A stretch of DNA of 64,000 nucleotides, taken from Ferruginibacter sp. Its GTDB lineage: Bacteria; Bacteroidota; Bacteroidia; Chitinophagales; Chitinophagaceae. The stretch spans positions 15,184-79,183 of the forward strand of contig JACMLJ010000072.1 of assembly GCA_014379625.1 (NCBI GenBank), written 5' to 3'. The notes beneath the pieces are model-generated. The model saw nothing but the letters and a program-made list of their open reading frames with translations. It had not been told where the DNA came from and made no database searches. Below are positions 8,805-18,400 of this stretch, one piece after another (the first letter of the stretch is position 1; each line of letters opens with the position of its first letter). A program made the position numbers and the translations under genes.

Positions 8805-11800
8805 ATGACTATGTTCTTAAAGAAATTATCGCTGCTGTTATTGATTATAACAAACATTTCCACCTCACTAAGCGCACAAACAAAAAACGACTATTTACCC
8901 AACTGGAAAAAAATAGAAGAACTGGAAAAAAAGGGACTTACCAAATCTGCATTGCAGGAAGTAATGACGATTTACACATTAGCCATAAAAGACAACAACG
9001 ATCCACAGCAAATAAAAAGCGCCATGTACCAGATCAGGTACCGGAATATGGTGGAAGAAGACAGCAGGGAGAATAATATTTTTTTTGCAGATACTTTAAT
9101 TGCCAGGGCAAAAACGTCGGCTAAAAATATCTTACAAAGCATGCAGGCCGAAATGCTTTGGCAATACCTGCAGAATAACCGGTATAAATTTTATAACCGC
9201 ACCAAACTCGCCGAAGACAAGAGCAAAGACATCAGCACCTGGAGTTTGGATAAATTGCACGCCACCATTTCAACATTATACAAAGCATCGCTCGGCAACG
9301 AAAAATTGCTAAAAGAAACAAAGCTGGATGGCTTTGACCCAATCATCGTTAAAGGGCAAAATACCCGGCTGCTTCGCCCTACTCTTTTTGATTTTTTAGC
9401 GCACAGGGCCCTCGCCTATTTTATGAATGATGAAAGGGACCTTACCAAACCCGCCTATAGTTTCACCGTCAACGACCCTGCGGCATTTGCACCGGCTACC
9501 CAGTTTGTGGCAGCTTCTTTTGTTACAAAAGACACGGCATCCCTGCACTACAAGGCCATTGGTTTACTCCGGCAAATTTTAAATTTTCATTTAAATGATA
9601 ATAATCCCGATGCATTGATAGATGCTGATCTGATAAGATTGAATTTCATACACCAGCACGCAGTCAATGAAAATAAAGGAAAATTATACGAAGCCGCGTT
9701 GAAACACATTGAAGACAACCATGCCGGAAACCCGTCTATTGCACAGGCCAAGTATTTAAGGGCCAAAATCTATTACGACAACGGGATGAATTTTCATCCA
9801 TTTACCAAAACAGACAATCAATATGAAATTAAAAGGGCCAAAGAAATCTGTGATGAAGTAATTAAAACATTTCCCAAAACAGAAGGATATATCAATTGCT
9901 TCAATTTATCAAACCAGATTCTGCAACCTTCCCTTAACCTGGAGACGGAAAAAGTAAATATACCCAACCAGCCATTTAAAATGCTGGTGAAATATAAAAA
10001 TGCGAAGACCGTCTATTTCCGCATTATTAAAACATCCAAGGAAGATATAAAAAAATTGGATAGAAGGGATTACGATAAATTATGGACGGGCATGATTGCG
10101 TTGAAACCAACCCGCAACTGGAACGTAAATATGCCCGACCTGCAGGATTACCAGCCTCATTCCGCTGAGATAAAAGCAGATGCATTACCCAATGGGATGT
10201 ATTTTATTCTGGCTAGCCTTGATGAGGGATTTACCCTGCAAAAAAATATCCTGGCCAGGCAACTGATCTATCTTAGTAATATCAGTTATGTACACAACAG
10301 CAACAACGAATATAATGTACTGCATCGCGAAACGGGGCAACCCCTGCCTGGCATACAGGTGCAGGTTTGGGAATCGAGGTACAATTACAATATCGCCCGG
10401 AATGAAGAAATAAAAGCGGAGCAGTACAGTACCGATAAAAATGGATATTTTAAATTGAAAGAGTCAAAGGAATACAGGAATTTCCTTTTGCAACTGACCG
10501 GCAAAAATGATGAATTGTTTATGGATGAAAACAATTACAGCAACTACTATAACCCTTACGAACAGGAGCTAAAACCGGTTAGCCTTTTGTTTACTGATCG
10601 TTCCATTTACCGACCCGGCCAAATACTTTATTTCAAAGGGATTGTTTTGAGAAAGGGGGTTAAGCCCACGGAAACATCGATCATGCCGGGATTCAAATCC
10701 ACCCTTATTTTAAAAGATGTAAACGGGCAAAAAATAACTGAACTCCAGATGCTCACGAATGAATACGGCTCTTATCATGGCTCATTTAAATTACCCGAAG
10801 GGGTATTGAACGGGCAATTCTCACTATTTGATGAAACTACCAATGCTACACATTATTTTAATGTGGAAGAATACAAGCGGCCAAAGTTTTTTGTAGAGGT
10901 AAAAAAGCCGATAGGAACTTACCGTTTGTTTGATAGCATAAATGTAACCGGTACCGCCAAAGCTTATGCGGGCAATAATATTGATGGAGCAGCGGTAAAA
11001 TACCGTGTGGTGAGAAAGGTTCGTTATCAGCCCTGGTGGTATGGCGTTTATGGTGGGTATGGCCGCAAAATATTTCCTCCAGGGAGACCGTCAGAAGATG
11101 TGGAAATTGCAAACGGTGAAACAACAACCGATGACAAAGGTGAATTCAGTATTAAGTTTAAAGCATTGCCCGATGTAAGCATCAATAAAATAGACCAGCC
11201 CAGTTTTTATTACGAAGTGAATGCTGATATTACCGATATAAATGGTGAAACAAGGAGTGCTGAAACTTCTGTTGCAGTGGCCTACCAGGCTATTCAGTTA
11301 AGTATTGACCTGTCAGAAAAAATAAACGCAGACAGTTTGAAAAACTTAAAAATCCTATCCACCAATATCAATGATGTTTTTGAAAAAGCTAAAGTAAGTC
11401 TAACCATACATAAAGTAAAGTCACCCGGCAAAATTTTCCGGGAAAGGTATTGGGAAATGCCAGACCAGTTTGTAATGAGTAAGGATGAGTTTGAGGGACA
11501 CTTCCCTTATGATGTTTATAAAGATGAAGACCAGCCAGCTAAATGGCTCCTGGGGGAAAAGGTTTTAGATAGAACAGACTCCACCAATGTAAATGGTCAA
11601 TGGGCAATTGGCAATAGTTCTTTTACCGCGGGCTGGTACAAAATTGCAGCAATCACCAGGGATAAATACGGCGAAGAAGTTAAGGCGGAGAAGTTTATCC
11701 TGATACAAAGCGAAGCAAAGGGTAAAGGAGGTGCGGAAGATCCTGTAACTGTTACCGTGCAACAGAGAGAGACAGAACCAGGGCAGAAAATTAACTATTC

Positions 11801-14800
11801 CATTAAAACCGGTTTCGAAAATATATGGATGATCCATACACTGGCCAGGATGGAGAAAACAAACATTACCTCCTACCAGGCTGTTAAAGCCAGTCAGCCA
11901 TATCAAAATGAAATTACGATAAATGAAAATGACCGGGGTGGCATGGCAATGGGTTATGTTTTTGTGCAGCACAACCGGGTTTATAAAGGCGAAGAAAATT
12001 TTTCCATTCCCTGGACTAATAAAGACCTGGTGATCAGCTACCAAACCTTCCGCGATAAAATATTACCGGGGAGTGAAGAAAAATGGACCGCTAAAATAAC
12101 AGGAAACAAGGGCGAAAAAGTTGTGGCGGAAATGCTGGTAAGTATGTACGATGCGAGCCTGGACCAGTTTAAAACACATAACTGGAGTAAATTGAATATC
12201 TGGCCCTTACTGTTCGCCAGGATAACATGGATGGAGAATGGATTCAATGCCGTTAATTCGGAGGAATATAACAGAAGGACTTATGATTACCTGAGTTACC
12301 CGAAATCGTTTGACAGGTTATTACCGGTTTTTTTAGACTATTATGAACGTGACAGGGTATTCAGTTCAGGTAAGGGAATAATGAATAAATCAATGGAAGC
12401 GGATATGGTTGAAGCTCCCATGATGGCGGCACAGTTGGAAAGTGCAGTAGTTGCGGGTGATGAAAAACGGCAGGTAAATATTGGCTATAGATCTAATTGG
12501 AAAAAGGCGAATACCATTAAAGCCGACTCCACTGCAAATTACCAGCAATCATCTGCAGAAAACAACGATATCCAGGTTCGTAAAAATTTCAATGAAACCG
12601 CTTTCCTCCTTCCTGAACTTACTACAGATGCTGATGGAAATGTATCCTTTAGTTTTACAATGCCCGAAGCCTTAACCCGTTGGAAACTTATGACACTGGC
12701 CCACACCAAAGACCTTTCAAGCGGGTATTCAGAAAAAAACCTGGTTACACAAAAACCATTAATGGTACAGCCAAATGCACCGCGATTTATGAGGGAGGGC
12801 GACCGCATGGAATTGAGCGCTAAAATGGTGAACTTAAGTGAAAACGAAATCACCGGTATAGCACAGCTTGAATTATTTGATGCCGCCACCAACAAGCCGG
12901 TGGACGGCTGGTTTAAAAACGGTTTGCCTAAGCAGAATTTCACCGTTGCAGCAGGTCAAAGTGTAGCTATAAGGTTCCCGATAGAAATACCCCTCAACTT
13001 CAATTCCGCATTAACTTACCGGATCACCGCGAAGTCATCGAATAACTCAGCCTTAGGCGCTGGCGGTTTTTCCGATGGCGAAGAATCGGCTTTACCCATT
13101 TTAACCAACCGGATGCTGGTAACCGAAACTCTACCATTGAATTTGCGCAATACCAATTCAAAGGATTTTAAATTTGATAAATTATTGAATAGCGGGAGCA
13201 GCAAGTCAATCAGTAACCACGCTTTAGTTGTTGAGTTCACCTCCAACCCAGCCTGGTATGCGGTACAGGCATTGCCCTATTTAATGGAATATCCTTACGA
13301 CTGTGCAGAACAAACTTTCAACAGGTTTTATGCAAACAGCTTAGCAACTTATATCAGCAACTCGATGCCAAAAATAAAGGCGGTATTTGAGCAATGGAAA
13401 ACGGTTGATACCGCTGCTTTGCTGAGTAACCTTCAAAAAAATGAAGCATTAAAATCAGCGCTGTTGCAGGAAACACCCTGGGTATTGGATGCACAAAATG
13501 AACAACAACAAAAGAAAAATATCGCCCTTTTATTTGATATGGTAAAGATGAGCGGCGAAACGGAAAAGGCGATCAGTAAGCTAAACGAGATGCAAAGCCC
13601 GAATGGCGGTTTTGTCTGGTTCAAAGGCGGCCCCGATGACCGGTATATGACGCAATACATACTGGCAGGTATTGGTCATCTCCGGAAATTAAACGCTTTA
13701 TCTGCCAATGAGTATAAAAAAATAAAACAGGTTACAGATAAAGCGGTTCCTTATCTTGATAAAAAAATAAAGGAGGATTATGATAACCTGGTAAAATACA
13801 AGGCGACGCTCAAAAATAATAATCTTAGCTATACCGCTGTTCAATACCTGTATATGCGGAGTTTTTTCAACGAATATGCCGTCCCCGCCGGTTCACAAAC
13901 AGCATATAACTATTATCGTGGCCAGGCAAAAACTTACTGGTTGAGCAATGAAAAGTATATGCAGGCGATGATCGCCTTGGCATTACACCGCACCAATGAT
14001 GAAACAACACCCAGGGCCATAATAAGATCTTTAAAGGAAAATTCTATCAGCAAAGAAGAGATGGGTATGTACTGGAAAGAATGGACCACCGGCGGATATT
14101 ACTGGCACCAGGCGCCCATTGAAAGCCAGGCGATGATGATAGAAGCATTTACCGATATTGATAAAAATACCAATACCATCAACGATCTTAAAACATGGTT
14201 GCTAAAACAAAAGCAAACACAAAACTGGAAAACAACCAAAGCAACGGCAGAAGCCTGTTATGCATTATTGTTAGATGGAAGCAATTGGTTGAGTGAAGAA
14301 AAAGAAGTTGAAATTAGCGTTGGTAATAGCCATATCAAAAGCACCGAAAGTAAAACAGAAACAGGAACGGGCTATTTCAAAAAAACAATCCCGGGCGAAA
14401 ACGTGCAGCCAAATATGGGCAATATCTCAGTAACCCTCCGGTCAGCAGCGAACAAGAACCCCCCTTCGGGAGGCAAGGGGGCTTCGGGAGCCTGGGGCGC
14501 CGTTTACTGGCAATACTTTGAAGATCTTGACAAAATAACCCCGGCGGCAACTCCTTTGAAATTAAGCAAGCAATTATTTGTAGAAAAAAATACGGATAAG
14601 GGACCGGTATTACAGGCCATCGCCGATGGGGCTTCCTTAAATGTGGGTGATAAAATAAAAGTGCGCATCGAATTAAGGGTAGACCGTGACATGGAATATG
14701 TACACATGAAAGACATGCGTGCGGCCTGTATGGAACCGGTGAATGTAATCAGTGAATATAAATACCAGGGTGGATTAGGTTATTACGAAACCACCAAAGA

Positions 14801-14987
14801 TGCCAGCACGAATTTTTTCTTTGGCTGGCTGGCAAGGGGTACTTACGTATTTGAATACCCGATGTTTGTAACACATACAGGAAATTTCAGTAATGGAATT
14901 ACCACTATTCAATGTATGTATGCCCCCGAATTTACAAGTCATAGTGAAGGGATCAGGGTAAATGTGCAAAGGCCCCCGGCCCACTAA
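8805..14987 (+). CDS. alpha-2-macroglobulin family protein, secreted, thioester-containing (paralog 1)
   Basis: 2060 aa with a signal peptide (..TSLSA|Q). Motifs include the MG-domain DRSIYRPGQILYFKG and FNETAFLLPELTTDADGNVSF..PEALTRWK. The thioester motif is YPYDCAEQ (CAEQ = nt 13302-13313). About 400 aa of helical N-terminal extension is present. Confidence 0.9.
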   Translation: MTMFLKKLSLLLLIITNISTSLSAQTKNDYLPNWKKIEELEKKGLTKSALQEVMTIYTLAIKDNNDPQQIKSAMYQIRYRNMVEEDSRENNIFFADTLIARAKTSAKNILQSMQAEMLWQYLQNNRYKFYNRTKLAEDKSKDISTWSLDKLHATISTLYKASLGNEKLLKETKLDGFDPIIVKGQNTRLLRPTLFDFLAHRALAYFMNDERDLTKPAYSFTVNDPAAFAPATQFVAASFVTKDTASLHYKAIGLLRQILNFHLNDNNPDALIDADLIRLNFIHQHAVNENKGKLYEAALKHIEDNHAGNPSIAQAKYLRAKIYYDNGMNFHPFTKTDNQYEIKRAKEICDEVIKTFPKTEGYINCFNLSNQILQPSLNLETEKVNIPNQPFKMLVKYKNAKTVYFRIIKTSKEDIKKLDRRDYDKLWTGMIALKPTRNWNVNMPDLQDYQPHSAEIKADALPNGMYFILASLDEGFTLQKNILARQLIYLSNISYVHNSNNEYNVLHRETGQPLPGIQVQVWESRYNYNIARNEEIKAEQYSTDKNGYFKLKESKEYRNFLLQLTGKNDELFMDENNYSNYYNPYEQELKPVSLLFTDRSIYRPGQILYFKGIVLRKGVKPTETSIMPGFKSTLILKDVNGQKITELQMLTNEYGSYHGSFKLPEGVLNGQFSLFDETTNATHYFNVEEYKRPKFFVEVKKPIGTYRLFDSINVTGTAKAYAGNNIDGAAVKYRVVRKVRYQPWWYGVYGGYGRKIFPPGRPSEDVEIANGETTTDDKGEFSIKFKALPDVSINKIDQPSFYYEVNADITDINGETRSAETSVAVAYQAIQLSIDLSEKINADSLKNLKILSTNINDVFEKAKVSLTIHKVKSPGKIFRERYWEMPDQFVMSKDEFEGHFPYDVYKDEDQPAKWLLGEKVLDRTDSTNVNGQWAIGNSSFTAGWYKIAAITRDKYGEEVKAEKFILIQSEAKGKGGAEDPVTVTVQQRETEPGQKINYSIKTGFENIWMIHTLARMEKTNITSYQAVKASQPYQNEITINENDRGGMAMGYVFVQHNRVYKGEENFSIPWTNKDLVISYQTFRDKILPGSEEKWTAKITGNKGEKVVAEMLVSMYDASLDQFKTHNWSKLNIWPLLFARITWMENGFNAVNSEEYNRRTYDYLSYPKSFDRLLPVFLDYYERDRVFSSGKGIMNKSMEADMVEAPMMAAQLESAVVAGDEKRQVNIGYRSNWKKANTIKADSTANYQQSSAENNDIQVRKNFNETAFLLPELTTDADGNVSFSFTMPEALTRWKLMTLAHTKDLSSGYSEKNLVTQKPLMVQPNAPRFMREGDRMELSAKMVNLSENEITGIAQLELFDAATNKPVDGWFKNGLPKQNFTVAAGQSVAIRFPIEIPLNFNSALTYRITAKSSNNSALGAGGFSDGEESALPILTNRMLVTETLPLNLRNTNSKDFKFDKLLNSGSSKSISNHALVVEFTSNPAWYAVQALPYLMEYPYDCAEQTFNRFYANSLATYISNSMPKIKAVFEQWKTVDTAALLSNLQKNEALKSALLQETPWVLDAQNEQQQKKNIALLFDMVKMSGETEKAISKLNEMQSPNGGFVWFKGGPDDRYMTQYILAGIGHLRKLNALSANEYKKIKQVTDKAVPYLDKKIKEDYDNLVKYKATLKNNNLSYTAVQYLYMRSFFNEYAVPAGSQTAYNYYRGQAKTYWLSNEKYMQAMIALALHRTNDETTPRAIIRSLKENSISKEEMGMYWKEWTTGGYYWHQAPIESQAMMIEAFTDIDKNTNTINDLKTWLLKQKQTQNWKTTKATAEACYALLLDGSNWLSEEKEVEISVGNSHIKSTESKTETGTGYFKKTIPGENVQPNMGNISVTLRSAANKNPPSGGKGASGAWGAVYWQYFEDLDKITPAATPLKLSKQLFVEKNTDKGPVLQAIADGASLNVGDKIKVRIELRVDRDMEYVHMKDMRAACMEPVNVISEYKYQGGLGYYETTKDASTNFFFGWLARGTYVFEYPMFVTHTGNFSNGITTIQCMYAPEFTSHSEGIRVNVQRPPAH

Positions 14988-15037
14988 ACCTCCCGGAATA
15001 ACCGGGATAAACCCGGGAGCCCGGGACTTTTTAAATT

Positions 15038-15080
15038 ACAGCGGCCAGGTTTCAGTATAACAGTGGCCGCTGTATTTTCA
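15038..15080 (+). terminator. rho-independent terminator after A2M paralog 1
   Basis: ACAGCGGCCA (15038-15047) pairs with TGGCCGCTGT (15064-15073) and is followed by ATTTTC. Confidence 0.7.
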
Positions 15081-15466
15081 CCGTCGACTGTTTGAATAAA
15101 TGATTCTTTGTTTTCCGGCGAATGGCAGCGCAGATTTTATTTCATTTTGCAGATGTATTTGCGGGAATCCGTATTTGCTCCGGGATGAGCCGCCCCATCG
15201 GATACTTTCAATACAGTTATACACAAACCCGTTAGCAGAGATCCGCCCGGGAAACGATGATATTTGCTTTTCATCAATGAGAAATCACTTCTGTTCAGTG
15301 GAGTCTTCAAAGTCCACTTGGGGATTAATGGGCTTTATATTACATTTAACAAAATTAATGTTCAATGCCATTGATCCAATCAAATTTTCTTACAACATTT
15401 ACATCATTAAATCTTCTACAGCACAACCGTTCTGGTTATGCTGAACAAAAAAATACAAATTCATTT

Positions 15467-18400
15467 ATGGACCGCGATCGTGTTCTACGTTCTGAAAAGT
15501 TCACTGCAACTTTTTTCAGGATCATGTTGTGCCTTACCCTCGTTTTTACCTTATTTTCCTGTAACAAAAAAGATCAATGGATTGAGGTAGACCCCGCATT
15601 CAGCCAGTACATTGATGCTTACACCACAGGCGTTATCTCCAAAACAAGTACCATCAGGATTCAATTGGCCACAGATGCCAACACTACACATACAGTAGGC
15701 GAAGAACTGAAAGAGAAATTATTTGATTTTTCTCCTGCTGTAAAAGGGAAAGCTTATTGGTTAAATGCCCGTACCATTGAATTTAAACCCGAGACCTGGT
15801 TAGCGCCGGATAAACTGTATGAAGTGAATTTTAAATTAGGAAAAGTAACCAAAGTACCGGACAAATTCAGCAACCTGCGCTTTAATATGAAAACTGTAAG
15901 GCCTTCTTTTAAAGTTGCGGACAATGGTTTACGCAGCGCCGGTACCAAAAATAAAATGGGCTTATCCGGCGAACTGGAAACGGCTGATGTGGAGACTGGA
16001 AAAGACATTGAACAATTACTAAGCGCTACCTTAAGCAACCTGGCTTTAAAAATAAACTGGCAACATAATGATGCCGCCAAATCGCACCTTTTTGCCATTG
16101 ATAATATTGAAAGGGGAAACAGTGTAAAAACCCTCCTGCTTAACTGGAACGGTAAACCGATGAATATGGAACTGATCGGTAACGCAACAATTACAGTTCC
16201 GGCTGCAGGCGATTTTAAAGTGCTGAACGTGGTGGCAATGAATGAAGCCCAGCAATTTGCTTCAGTACAATTTAGTGATCCGATAGCAATAGGGCAGGAT
16301 CTGACCGGCCTGATCACCATGAGCAACCAGGCTGATATATCCTATACCATTAACGGCAGTGAAGTAAAGGTTTTTACCAATGGAAAATTAGATGGCAATT
16401 ACACGGTAAATATTAATTCGGGGATAAAGAATAACTGGGGCGATATCCTCGACAAAGGCTTTACGGCCAACATCAATTTTGAAAATAAATTGCCTGCAGT
16501 AAAAATTCATGGCAAAGGAAATATTTTACCTAATTCCGGCAGGCTGGTTCTGCCCTTTGATGCGGTCAATTTAAACGCAGTTGATATCAGTATTATAAAA
16601 ATATTAGAGAACAATGTGCCCCAGTTTCTGCAGGAAAATAATATCGGCGGCAACGATCAACTGCGAAGGGTGGCTAAACCAATTGTGCAAAAAACATTGC
16701 GCCTCGATGATGATAAAACTCTTGACCTGCATAAGCACCAGCGGTTTTCTTTAGACATTGATAAATTCCTTAAAACAGAGCAGGGCGCTATTTATCGGGT
16801 AACCATTGGGTTTAGGCCGGAGTATTCGTTGTACCAGTCTGTTGATACTACAAAAAAGAATGCGGGTAATAATGAAGAAGACGCGGAAGAGTATGACAGC
16901 TATGGAAACAATGGAGTTGATGATGACGACGCATTCTGGGACAGGTATGATACTTATTACCCATACGGCTATAACTGGGATCAAAGGGATGACCCCAACA
17001 GCAGGTCTTATTACAACAAAGACAGGTGGGCTGGCAGGAATATCCTGGCAAGCAATATCGGCCTTACCGCCAAACGCGGAAATGATAATGCCATGCTGGT
17101 AGCGGTTAGTAATATTCTGACTACGGAACCCATGAGTGGGGTGGACCTGCAGGTGATGGATTACCAGCAAACCATCATCGGTTCGGCAAAGAGCGGCAAC
17201 GATGGTTTTGTGAACATTGATCTGAAACGTAAGCCTTATTTATTAGTTGCCAAAAAAGGAAATGAAAGGGGTTATTTGAAATTAGACGATGGAAGTTCTT
17301 TGGCACTGAGCAGGTTTGATGTGAGTGGTGAAGAAGTAAAGAATGGTATCAAGGGATTCATCTTTGGCGAACGTGGTGTTTGGAGGCCCGGCGATACGAT
17401 GTACATTAATTGTATCATTGAAGACAAAGAAAAGAAATTGCCAAAAGATCACCCTGTGGAGTTTAGTTTATATACACCACAGGGTCAACTGTATAAACAT
17501 GCCGTACAAAATAATGGGGAGGATGGTTTTTATCTTTTTAAAACCAATACCGATGCGGCTGCGCCAACAGGCAACTGGCTGGCAAAGATAAAGGTAGGCG
17601 GAGCTAATTTTGAAAAGCGCATTAAAGTAGAAACGGTAATGCCTAACCGCTTAAAAATAAATGTTGACTTTGGAAAAGAGGCAATACTCGGTATTGGAAA
17701 TACCACAACCGGTAACATTAATGCGAAGTGGTTATTTGGAGCGACTGGTAAAAATCTAAAAGCAAAAATTGATGCATCCCTTAATGCAACGAAAACGAGT
17801 TTTCCAAAATTTGCCGGTTATGATTTTGACAATCCCACCGCCAATTATGCTACCCAAAGCAAAATCATTTTCGATGGTGTATTGGATGCAGAAGGCAATG
17901 CGGTATTAAAACCAGCTTTCGAAATTGATGAAAGCGCGCCGGGTATGCTGAGCGCCAATATGGTGGTAAAGGTTTTTGAACCGGGTGGCGCATTCAGTAT
18001 CGATAACCTGTCTGTTCCTTATAGTCCTTATGCAAGTTATGTTGGAGTAAAATTGCCTGCGGGAGAAAAACCATTTGACTTTTTACTATCCGGTAAAAAC
18101 CACACCCTGCAAATTGTAAATGTAGATAACCGCGGCAGCCTTGTCACCGGCACCAATGATGTGGAAGTACAGTTCTATAGAATTCAATGGCGCTGGTGGT
18201 GGGATGATAACGGTGATAACCTCAGCAATTTCACCCAAAATGAATACAACAAGCTGCTGAAGAAAGAAACCGTTCACCTGGCTAGCGGTAGGGGGCAGTG
18301 GCAGTTTGGCGTTTCCGAAAATGAATGGGGCCGTTATTTGATCCTGGTAAAGGATCTAAAGAGTGGTCATACCACCGGTACCACTTTATACATCGATGAG

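Noticed and set aside
15100-15444. 114-aa ORF between the two A2M genes.
   Set aside because: It sits in the spacer after a terminator and runs into the leader of paralog 2. It is Cys/Phe-rich with odd composition and has no motif.
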